From positions 1-52,469 of the forward strand of contig CBFCYP010000003.1 of the NCBI GenBank assembly GCA_965602185.1: 52,469 bases of DNA. The letters are read 5' to 3'. The notes under the pieces were generated by a model. It saw only the letters and a program-made list of their open reading frames with translations. It did no database searches and had not been told where the DNA came from. The position numbers and the translations under genes were made by a program. This DNA comes from an uncultured bacterium (GTDB taxonomy: Bacteria > Zixibacteria > MSB-5A5 > UBA10806). This document shows positions 9,403 through 16,910 of the stretch, piece by piece (the first letter of the stretch is position 1; every line of letters begins with the position of its first letter).

Positions 9403-10845
9403 CTATTTCAAAAGCAGCATCTTCCCGGTGCTGGTGAAATCGGCTCCATCGATACCGTAAAAGTAAATTCCCGTAGGCAGATTTTCTGCGTTCCATGAAT
9501 ATTTATGCGTTCCCGCGCTTAAGATTCCTATATCCGTAGATGAAACCTGAGCGCCTACCAGGTTATATATATTGATCCTGACGTTCGCCCTCGTCGGCAA
9601 GGAGAAATGTATTTCCGTAGATTGGTTGAAGGGATTGGGGCTGTTATAAGAATATATCGATTTTATGGGAATTGGATGATTTCCATCTATTAAACCGGTC
9701 GTCCCGGTGTTTTCGTACCATTTCACTTGGGCGGAACCCTGGTGACTGCTGCCGGAGATAACATCGAGATCCCCGTCATTATCGAGGTCGCTCAGAACCA
9801 TTGGCCAGGGCCGCACAAGGTTCCCGTCTATCATGTGCTTGGTCCAGGTTATGGGATAGTTGCCGTCATTTTCCCACCAGGCCACCTGGTTTATCCCCTG
9901 CGCCGTCGCCGCTACGTCGATATCGCCGTCACCGTCAATGTCGCCGGGCATGGCGACGCAGGCGTTGATGAAGCCTGTTTCAAGGATCTGCTCGGTCCAG
10001 GTTATGGGATCACCGCCGTTATTTCGCCACCAGGCGATTTCATGGCCAATGCAGCCGGCCCCGACGATATCGTTATCGCCGTCCTGATCGAGATCGACCG
10101 CCTCTACCCGGTGTGCCCCGATAAAGTTCGGGTCGATGAAATACTTGGTCCAGGTAATAGGGTTGCCGCCGTCATTATGCCACCAGGCGATATCGTGACC
10201 GTATATTGCCGCGCCTATTATATCCTTAATGCTGTCGCCATTGATATCGGCGGCCCGCACCGATTTGGCGGTGTTGAAGTAATTGTCGATAACATACTCG
10301 GTCCACTGGATCGGGTCGCCGCCCTCGTTGAGCCACAGGGTTATGCGGCTGAGTGCCGATGACGCGCCCAGCACGTCGTTGTCGCCGTCATCATCGATAT
10401 CGCAGGCATAGACCTCGTGGGCCTCGTCGAAATTATCGCCGATTACATAGCGCGTCCAGGTGTATGGGGCCTGCCCGCTGCTTTTCCACCAGAGTACCAG
10501 GCCGGCGTAATAGGCGGTGGCCAGAACATCCTTGTGCCCATCGCCGTTTATATCCTCGGCATACACGGAGAACGTTATGGGGCCATTGTAATCGATAACG
10601 AATTTCTCCCACGATATTGGATAGCCGCCGTCGTTACGCCACCAGACCACGTCACCGGATTCCATCACCGCCCCCACGACGTCCTGATCGCCGTCGTTGT
10701 CGATATCGCAGGCAACCAGGCTGGGATTGCCGTAGGATTGGCTGTCGATCAGATGTTCGACAAAAACGACGTTGCCGTAAGCCGATGCCGCTATGAAAAC
10801 TAAATAGAATACTATTGCTGAAAAAACCTTGTTAAAGGCGGCCAT
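9403..10845 (-). CDS. Secreted FG-GAP/VCBS-repeat beta-propeller with T9SS type-A CTD
   Basis: Seven DxDxDGDxDV...WWxNxGG.PI.WT repeats; signal peptide from ATG 10845 (AAGGAG RBS); CTD NSPNPFNQST...GKMLLLK. Confidence 0.85.
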   Translation of the reverse strand: MAAFNKVFSAIVFYLVFIAASAYGNVVFVEHLIDSQSYGNPSLVACDIDNDGDQDVVGAVMESGDVVWWRNDGGYPISWEKFVIDYNGPITFSVYAEDINGDGHKDVLATAYYAGLVLWWKSSGQAPYTWTRYVIGDNFDEAHEVYACDIDDDGDNDVLGASSALSRITLWLNEGGDPIQWTEYVIDNYFNTAKSVRAADINGDSIKDIIGAAIYGHDIAWWHNDGGNPITWTKYFIDPNFIGAHRVEAVDLDQDGDNDIVGAGCIGHEIAWWRNNGGDPITWTEQILETGFINACVAMPGDIDGDGDIDVAATAQGINQVAWWENDGNYPITWTKHMIDGNLVRPWPMVLSDLDNDGDLDVISGSSHQGSAQVKWYENTGTTGLIDGNHPIPIKSIYSYNSPNPFNQSTEIHFSLPTRANVRINIYNLVGAQVSSTDIGILSAGTHKYSWNAENLPTGIYFYGIDGADFTSTGKMLLLK

Positions 10846-10935
10846 TTTGAGTCTCCTTCTCTCGTAATGTTTCCCGTTAATAGATACAGGTAATGGAGGC
10901 AATATGTTGCGTGGGAGGGCGATTTGGGAGGGCTG

Positions 10936-11026
10936 CTATCCCTCAGGATGGAGCGCAGCGACATCCTGAGGGCAAAGGGCGTCAGGATGTCGCCCGCCTT
11001 TGGCGGAACTCCATCCTGACGCATAG
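10936..11026. repeat. Inverted doublet of REP-like hairpin units (element E2, homologous to E1)
   Basis: CTAT-CCCTCAGGATG[GAGCGCAGCGA]CATCCTGAGGG ... GCGTCAGGATG[TCGCCCGCC-TTT-GGCGGAACTC]CATCCTGACGC-ATAG. Confidence 0.85.
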
Positions 11027-11040
11027 TCTTACAGAATAGG

Positions 11041-11066
11041 CGGGCAGGTAACGGCCTGCGGCCTAC
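11041..11066 (-). repeat. GTAG-type REP
   Basis: Minus strand GTAG-GCC-GCAGG-CCGTTA-CCTGC. Confidence 0.5.
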
Positions 11067-11098
11067 GACCAGACCGAACGGGGGAATAGCAATTTTAC

Positions 11099-11629
11099 CT
11101 ACTTCTGATCGGTTGCGGGTGGCGGAAAGAAACCAAGTTGAGTGAGCAGCGCCACATTATCCCAACTGATCCAGGTTTCCGCTACTTTACCATCTTCTAT
11201 TCGTTGAATAACGATATTCTTCAGCATGAATTCTTTGCCGCTGGCCGGAAGATTTCCCATCGGGCCGGTCTGAGTACCGGTTGTCGTGGTCACGTAAGCA
11301 ACCATGTTGCTGTCGGCCATAATGAAATCGATCTCGTCTTTGCAATTTGAAACAGAATTAACGAAATCAGCTACGAATGTTTTAAAGACCTCCGGGCCGT
11401 GAATCTCTTGAAGGTCCGGCGGCATCGCCTGACAGTGGCGAACATAATCGGGCGAGAGCACTTCGTCGAAGATCTCCAGATTGCCATTGGAGACTTCGGA
11501 GTGAATCCGCTGCATCAGGGCCATGTTTTGTTCTTCCATCTCCTTGACGGCATTTTCCCGCGAACAGCCTGATAGTATCAATAATACCAAGACTATAATA
11601 ATTAATGTCCCCAACCTGTTACTGTTCAT
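11099..11629 (-). CDS. SnoaL-like ester cyclase family lipoprotein
   Basis: Lipobox ILSGC; TGTQTGPMGNLPASGK...RIEDGKVAETW..WDNVALLTQLG. Confidence 0.85.
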   Translation of the reverse strand: MNSNRLGTLIIIVLVLLILSGCSRENAVKEMEEQNMALMQRIHSEVSNGNLEIFDEVLSPDYVRHCQAMPPDLQEIHGPEVFKTFVADFVNSVSNCKDEIDFIMADSNMVAYVTTTTGTQTGPMGNLPASGKEFMLKNIVIQRIEDGKVAETWISWDNVALLTQLGFFPPPATDQK

Positions 11630-11773
11630 CTATCCCTCCAGGTTTTACATTAATGTAATTTTCCTGCGGTATTTTATTTACCCGATTTTATAAAAGCCGG
11701 TCAATTATTTTATTCCCCTTGCGTAAAATTGTCCAGCTTTTTAAATTTCGGCGACCGGCGCCAATTGGTAGCG

Positions 11774-11885
11774 GTAGGTCAGGAGCCCAAAGGGCTCCTG
11801 ACGCGTTGACCACCGCGACAAGAATGTCAGGAGCTTTCAGCTCCTGACCTACGGCCGGGGAGCGTCAGGAATGGATTCCTGACGC
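11774..11885. repeat. REPIN-like cluster of GTAG REPs
   Basis: GTAG-GTCAGGAGC-CCAAAGG-GCTCCTGAC ... inverted GTCAGGAGC-TTTCA-GCTCCTGAC-CTAC, plus GCGTCAGGAAT-GG-ATTCCTGACGC. Confidence 0.85.
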
Positions 11886-11932
11886 CGCGGGAATCGGAAT
11901 TATGATGAACCTTTGATGATAGGATTGGGAAG

Positions 11933-12913
11933 ATGAAAAAAGAGATGAAGAAGATACTGGTGACCGGGGCGGTGGGGCAGATCGGGTCGGAGCTGACCAT
12001 GGAACTGCGGAAACGTTACGGCGCGGAAAACGTGATCGCCACCGGCCGCAAAACCGAGCCCTCGGATGAGCTCCGTAACTCCGGGCCGTTCCATTTTATC
12101 AACGTCAACCGGATCGACACGGTGGAGGAGATCGTCAGGAAATACGATATCGACACCGTCTACCACATGGCGGCCATCCTGTCTGCGGTGGGGGAGAAGA
12201 ACCCGCAGCTCTGCTGGGACGTCAACATGAACGGCACCATAAATATCCTCGAGCTGGGCATTAAATACGAGATGGCGCGGGTGATTATCCCCAGCTCCAT
12301 TGCGGTCTGGGGCGATTTCGTGGACCTGGACAACACCCCCCAGGAGTCGATCCTCAAGCCGACCACCATGTACGGGGTCACCAAGGTCTGCGGCGAGCTA
12401 CTGTGCGATTACTACGTAAAACGTTTCGGGCTGGATATCCGGGGGCTGCGTTACCCCGGCATCATCTCCTACGAGACCCTGCCCGGCGGCGGCACCACCG
12501 ATTACGCCGTGGCCATCTATTACGAGGCGATCGACAAGGGTAAATATACCTGCTTCGTGCGGGAGGATACCCGCCTTCCCATGATGTACATGCCGGACGC
12601 CATCAACGGTACCATCATGCTGGCGGAGGCCGATTACGACAAGCTGAAACATCATTCCGACTTCAATCATGCTGCCATGAGTTTCTCAGTGACTGAGTTA
12701 GCGGCCGAGATCAAGAAGCATATACGCGATTTCAAGGTCACATATGAGCCCGATTTCCGGCAGGCCATCGCCGATTCCTGGCCCAACTCTATCGACGATT
12801 CCGCCGCCCGCCAGGAATGGGGCTGGAAACCGGAGTGGAACCTGGCCTCCATGACGGTGGATATGCTCAAGCACCTCAAAGCGCGCAAGGATAAGGGGAC
12901 GCTGTACAGGTAA
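11933..12913 (+). CDS. L-threonine 3-dehydrogenase, SDR (UDP-galactose-epimerase-like) type
   Basis: ILVTGAVGQIG, YGVTK catalytic motif, RYPGIISYETLPGGGTTDYAV, RQAIADSWP signature. Confidence 0.8.
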   Translation: MKKEMKKILVTGAVGQIGSELTMELRKRYGAENVIATGRKTEPSDELRNSGPFHFINVNRIDTVEEIVRKYDIDTVYHMAAILSAVGEKNPQLCWDVNMNGTINILELGIKYEMARVIIPSSIAVWGDFVDLDNTPQESILKPTTMYGVTKVCGELLCDYYVKRFGLDIRGLRYPGIISYETLPGGGTTDYAVAIYYEAIDKGKYTCFVREDTRLPMMYMPDAINGTIMLAEADYDKLKHHSDFNHAAMSFSVTELAAEIKKHIRDFKVTYEPDFRQAIADSWPNSIDDSAARQEWGWKPEWNLASMTVDMLKHLKARKDKGTLYR

Positions 12914-12921
12914 GGAGATTA

Positions 12922-13031
12922 TGGATGCCGGATCGAGTCCGGCATGACAAGTTATTATCACTGTCATTCCTGCGGAAGCAGGAATCCATGAGGGCGGCTT
13001 TATTGGATGACGGATCGAGTTCAGCATGACA
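12922..13031. repeat. Three alternating TGTCAT...ATCCA palindromic repeat units
   Basis: TGGATGCCGGATCGAGTCCGGCATGACA; TGTCATTCCTGCGGAAGCAGGAATCCA; TGGATGACGGATCGAGTTCAGCATGACA. Confidence 0.85.
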
Positions 13032-13038
13032 GGTGAGG

Positions 13039-13064
13039 AGGACAGAACGATGTTCTGTCCCTAC
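13039..13064 (-). repeat. GTAG-type REP
   Basis: Minus strand GTAG-GGACAGAAC-ATC-GTTCTGTCC. Confidence 0.75.
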
Positions 13065-13081
13065 AATAAATAACGATAAAT

Positions 13082-13117
13082 TAAAGCCGCCGAACATCGC
13101 TGCCCGACGGCTTTATT
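13082..13117 (-). terminator. Intrinsic terminator (possibly bidirectional)
   Basis: Minus strand GCCGTCGGGCA-GCGA-TGTTCGGCGGC-TTT; G-U pairs and a GNRA loop fit the minus strand. Confidence 0.7.
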
Positions 13118-13157
13118 AAGGAGGTAAATCAATTAATTGGGTTTCTGGCACTAAATT

Positions 13158-13571
13158 TTATTTTTGTGAATTACACCTGTCCATGATTTTATGGGTTTCG
13201 CACCAGGTTATGGTTACGTCATCGATTTTATATGAATCCACGTCGAGCTGGTTGGCGTTGGCATAGTAAACGCCGTGTACCCAGACGTCCTTGTTATGGT
13301 ATTTTTCACCCTTGAACAGATCCTCGGAGTATTTATTTTCAAGAAAAACAATGTATTTTCCGTCTTCCGTTTGCAGGGCGTGCTTGTGCCCGTAAACCTT
13401 GCATTCCGCCCTGGCACCTTCCTCGCCTTTAAGAGTGCACCCTAAACAAACCAGTTTACCCTCGAAAGAGGCATGTTTGCCTTCAGCCTTGGCTTGTTGG
13501 GTATCGGCAATAATCAAGGCCCCGAATACGACCGCTATTAAAATCGAAATTCCTATTATTCTCGTAATCAT
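13158..13571 (-). CDS. Exported hypothetical protein with Cys/His cluster
   Basis: GAGGAG RBS; signal peptide; GKLVCLGC...AECKVYGHKHAL and C-terminal WCETHKIMDRC. Confidence 0.7.
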   Translation of the reverse strand: MITRIIGISILIAVVFGALIIADTQQAKAEGKHASFEGKLVCLGCTLKGEEGARAECKVYGHKHALQTEDGKYIVFLENKYSEDLFKGEKYHNKDVWVHGVYYANANQLDVDSYKIDDVTITWCETHKIMDRCNSQK

Positions 13572-13619
13572 CGTTTCTCCTCTTGTTTTTCGCTATTGAT
13601 TCTCATTTTCATAAATATA

Positions 13620-13645
13620 AACGATAATAATTGCGGATAAGTTCC
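13620..13645 (-). promoter_or_regulatory. ECF sigma-type promoter
   Basis: Minus strand GGAACT-N16-CGTT, the classic ECF AAC/CGT arrangement, about 50 nt upstream of 13571. Confidence 0.55.
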
Positions 13646-13752
13646 GGGACATTTCGCCTGTTAATGTTATTTCAAATCTATTTCATAAAACGTTTAAAAA
13701 TCGCCAAATGAATCGATTTCATTTGCATCAGTTTGTTGACGATAAATGATGT

Positions 13753-14967
13753 ATGGCGAGAAAAAAGCTGTATGTTCGGGAAGTATGTGCAGAGGGACAT
13801 CTGGTCGATTCGGGCGTGATGTCTAATATCCTGGACCTGATTATCCGTTCCGGCGGCCAGTTCGATATCAAATCGTTTGAAATGGGGCATACCAATGTCG
13901 ATAAGACCCGGACCACCATAGAGGTTTCTGCCTCCACGCCGATGCTGCTTGAACACATAATCTCTCAGCTCCATCTTCACGGATGCGTGATAAAGGAGGA
14001 CGTTTCTGTATCATTGAAACCGGCGCCGAAAAATTCAGTCGCCCCGGATGATTTTTATTCCACCACCAACCACGCTACCGAAATCAGGCTGAACGGCGGA
14101 TGGCATTGCGCGAGGGATCAGCGTATGGATGCCGTAATAATTCTGAATAATGGCAGACCTCGTTGCGTCAAAATCCGGGACCTGAAAAAGGGGATGCCGG
14201 TAGTGACCGGTATTTCGGGGATCCGGGTGATGCCGGAATTCAGGGAGCGGAACAGGTCGGTATTTGAATTCATGTCGGGCGACGTGTCCTCGGAGAAGAA
14301 AGTTGAATTGGCTGTGGGTGAGGTTGCTTCGATGCTGAAATCAAGAAAATATAGAACCGTTGTGGTAGCCGGACCGGTTGTGGTTCATACCGGTGGGTCG
14401 GAATCGTTATGTACATTGATCGAAGCAGGCTATGTGCAGGGTCTTCTTTCCGGTAACGCCCTGGCCGTGCATGATATTGAACAGGCGCTGTATGGTACTT
14501 CACTTGGCGTAGATACGAGAACCGGTAAACCGGTAGAAGAAGGGCATAAAAACCATATGCGGGCCATTAACGAGGTTTTTAAATATGGTGATATCAGAAG
14601 AATGATAGATAAAAAGGCCCTTGAAAGCGGAATTATGTATACTCTTTATAAATCCAACACTCCCTTTGTCCTGGCCGGGTCTTTGCGCGATGATGGGCCG
14701 CTGCCGGAGACGATCAACGATATGGTTGAAGCCCAGGCGGCGTATGCGAGGATGCTCAAAAAAGCGGATATGGTTATTATGCTTTCCACCATGCTTCATT
14801 CCATCGCTACCGGCAATATGCTGCCATCGAAGGTGCGGACCATCTGCGTGGATATAAATCCGTCGGTGGTTACCAAACTCGCGGACCGCGGTTCGGCGCA
14901 GGCGGTGGGGATAGTTACCGATGTCGGCCTGTTTTTAAACCTGCTGGCAAGAAAACTTAAAAAATAG
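13753..14967 (+). CDS. TIGR00300 family protein (LOR/SDH-conserved domain; ornithine cyclodeaminase-like)
   Basis: EGHLVDSG, PDDFYSTTNH, QRMDA, GPVVVHTG, GNALAVHDIE, LAGSLRDDGPLP, LHSIATGNM, KLADRGS motifs. Confidence 0.85.
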   Translation: MARKKLYVREVCAEGHLVDSGVMSNILDLIIRSGGQFDIKSFEMGHTNVDKTRTTIEVSASTPMLLEHIISQLHLHGCVIKEDVSVSLKPAPKNSVAPDDFYSTTNHATEIRLNGGWHCARDQRMDAVIILNNGRPRCVKIRDLKKGMPVVTGISGIRVMPEFRERNRSVFEFMSGDVSSEKKVELAVGEVASMLKSRKYRTVVVAGPVVVHTGGSESLCTLIEAGYVQGLLSGNALAVHDIEQALYGTSLGVDTRTGKPVEEGHKNHMRAINEVFKYGDIRRMIDKKALESGIMYTLYKSNTPFVLAGSLRDDGPLPETINDMVEAQAAYARMLKKADMVIMLSTMLHSIATGNMLPSKVRTICVDINPSVVTKLADRGSAQAVGIVTDVGLFLNLLARKLKK

Positions 14968-15215
14968 GCTGACGGTGAAAATTCGAAATGTTTCAGTTTG
15001 AAATGCTCATTGTCTTTAAATTGATTTAATATTGAGCATTATCATATCATTCCGATCGACACTCTGTAATTCATTAACTTAAAATCAGTTAAAGTACCAT
15101 GATGAATATCCGGTTATTTATTAATTGAAGATTTCCCAACAATCCGGGTTTGCTGCCATATTTATTATCATAATCTGAATATATCGGTTAATTTTCCGGG
15201 TCTCATGAGCCGATC

Positions 15216-15282
15216 TAACTTATTGAAATAATAATACTTATGATTTTTGAGCCCAAATGATCCTCAGGGCATGCCATTTGCC
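15216..15282 (+). promoter_or_regulatory. sigma54 promoter with upstream IHF-like site
   Basis: GG-CATGCCATTT-GC (-24/-12) at 15268-15281; TAACTTATTGAAA (IHF-like) at 15216. Confidence 0.6.
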
Positions 15283-15318
15283 TTCTTAATGGCAAGGAAT
15301 ATTTATCCTGGAGGATTG

Positions 15319-16587
15319 ATGAAAGTTTTAACGGCAATATTTAGCACGTTCATGTTGTTGTTTGTATCGGTCAACGGATTGGCGCAGGGGACGGGATCTG
15401 CGGCGATGGATTTTCTAAATATAGGAGTAAGCGCAAAATCATCGGCTACCGGGGGCGCTTTTTCGGCAATAGCCGATGGCCCGGTATCGTCGTTCTATAA
15501 TCCGGCCGGGCTCGCCTCCATTGAGAACTACCAGATTGCCGGGATGCATACCGAATGGTATCAGGACCTGAGATATGAATATCTGGGATACGGAATGCCG
15601 GTCAGCAGCTTCGGGGGATTGGGGCTGTCATTCTCATATCTTACCTATGGCTCGATAAAAAGCTATTCTGAAACGGGTACCCCTCTGGGAAACGTGGAAG
15701 CCTATGATATGGCATTGAATCTATCCTACGGTCACAGGGTCACGGATAACCTGCTTATGGGATTGGGAATTAAAGGCGTTACGGAGAAACTGGATAACGT
15801 AAGCGTTAAAGGATTCGCGGGGGACTTCGGCCTGCAATACAGGGCTTATAAATATACGGCCGGATTATCGGTTATGAACTTCGGGCCGAATTTGAAGTAT
15901 GAAACGGCCTCATCACCCCTGCCGACGACTTTCAACGCCGGGGTATCTTATAAACCTTTCGGACCGGAGCTTTCACTTATGATGGGCGGTTCTATGCCGC
16001 TTCACGGGGATTTTTCATTCAAGACCGGGCTTGAATATTCTTATGACAACCTTTTTATGATCAGGGGCGGATACGATACCAGGCGGAACTATGACAGTAA
16101 AAGCGGGATCTCTTTTGGAGCGGGAATCAACGTCTCCAATCACAATCTCGATTACGCTTATAACCTAAACGACATAATGGGCGGAACCCATCAGATATCA
16201 TTTGTATTTAAATTCGGCAAGACCAGATCGATCAAAAAGAATGAAAGGCCCGACCCAATTCGAAAAAGCGAGGTTTCGGTACAGGAAATCTATACCGTAC
16301 GTGATGATAATGTATCAATACAGGATATCCAGCCCGAACCATTAAAGGATAATTCGAAAGATAAGGGAAAAATCTACCAGGTTTGCGCCGCGAGATATCA
16401 TAACGAAGAGTCGGCTCGGAAACATATCGAGACCTTGAAAAAATTCGGTGTGAAAGCGAAACTCTACTATGATGGACATAAGGAATACAGGATCGTGTTA
16501 GGGGAAACTGATGATAAGTCCAAAGCCGAGAAGAAAAAAGCCAATTTTGAAAAAGACGGAATATTTTGTTTTATACAGGAAATGTAG
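15319..16587 (+). CDS. PorV/PorQ-family outer-membrane beta-barrel fused to a C-terminal SPOR domain
   Basis: GGAGG RBS before ATG 15319; FLNIGVSAKSSATGGAFSAIAD..SFYNPAGLA, LDYAY..MGGTHQISF; linker then YQVCAARY..ESA...YRIVLGE...AEK SPOR-like domain. Confidence 0.75.
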   Translation: MKVLTAIFSTFMLLFVSVNGLAQGTGSAAMDFLNIGVSAKSSATGGAFSAIADGPVSSFYNPAGLASIENYQIAGMHTEWYQDLRYEYLGYGMPVSSFGGLGLSFSYLTYGSIKSYSETGTPLGNVEAYDMALNLSYGHRVTDNLLMGLGIKGVTEKLDNVSVKGFAGDFGLQYRAYKYTAGLSVMNFGPNLKYETASSPLPTTFNAGVSYKPFGPELSLMMGGSMPLHGDFSFKTGLEYSYDNLFMIRGGYDTRRNYDSKSGISFGAGINVSNHNLDYAYNLNDIMGGTHQISFVFKFGKTRSIKKNERPDPIRKSEVSVQEIYTVRDDNVSIQDIQPEPLKDNSKDKGKIYQVCAARYHNEESARKHIETLKKFGVKAKLYYDGHKEYRIVLGETDDKSKAEKKKANFEKDGIFCFIQEM

Positions 16588-16617
16588 CCTGACTTCCTCC
16601 TTGTTTTTATAAGGTCG

Positions 16618-16650
16618 AAAATGCCTCGCCTATCGCGAGGCATTTTTTAT
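16618..16650 (+). terminator. Intrinsic terminator
   Basis: AAAATGCCTCGC-CTATC-GCGAGGCATTTT-TT. Confidence 0.85.
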
Positions 16651-16670
16651 TGAAACGACACATTTTTTAC

Positions 16671-16699
16671 TTGACAAGATATATTGCTAAATTTATTTT
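16671..16699 (+). promoter_or_regulatory. sigma70-type promoter
   Basis: TTGACA-17nt-TATTTT. Confidence 0.55.
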
Positions 16700-16704
16700 T
16701 AGCG

Positions 16705-16836
16705 TGGATGGTTTGTGTTAGGAGATTGTGAAAATTATCACAATCAATAGCAAAAACCAGACATGGTGTGGTAGGTGGTGATTGGGTTTCTGATGTACTG
16801 GTCAACCCCCCTGTTTCGGCAGGGGGGTTAGTTATT
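16705..16836 (+). ncRNA. Putative orphan small RNA (or small-peptide mRNA)
   Basis: Own promoter, long 5' hairpin 16710-16758, GU-rich middle, and terminator CCCCCCUGU-UUCG-GCAGGGGGG-UUAGUUAUU; no downstream same-strand gene. Confidence 0.45.
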
Positions 16837-16910
16837 CGCGGTTGTATAAAGCTAAATATCTCTCGACGGAACTCTACTCTATAAATATTATTGCCTGATA
16901 TATTTTCGTA

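Noticed and set aside
9727-10803. Long plus-strand ORFs (211 aa, 128 aa)
   Set aside because: Antisense shadows of the GC-rich, repetitive FG-GAP gene. The same applies to 5331-5948, 27448-28089 and 49298-49894.
9264-13064. CRISPR array or integron attC cassette array
   Set aside because: No regularly spaced identical repeats, no RYYYAAC/GTTRRRY attC ends, genes lie in both orientations, and there is no cas or intI gene.
12698-13097. ORFs 12698-13027 and 12876-13097 (also 10812-11024)
   Set aside because: They are translations of the palindromic repeats (WIPASAGMT, MDSCFRRND, PPKAG) and overlap real genes.
15002-15039. Inverted repeat AATGCTCA...TGAGCATT
   Set aside because: AT-rich with a long loop and no U-tract; cannot distinguish a weak terminator from an operator or chance.
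16728-16836. Trp attenuator (leader peptide with two Trp codons plus terminator)
   Set aside because: No same-strand gene follows, the Trp codons are not tandem and RBS spacing is short. Kept only as an alternative within the sRNA finding.
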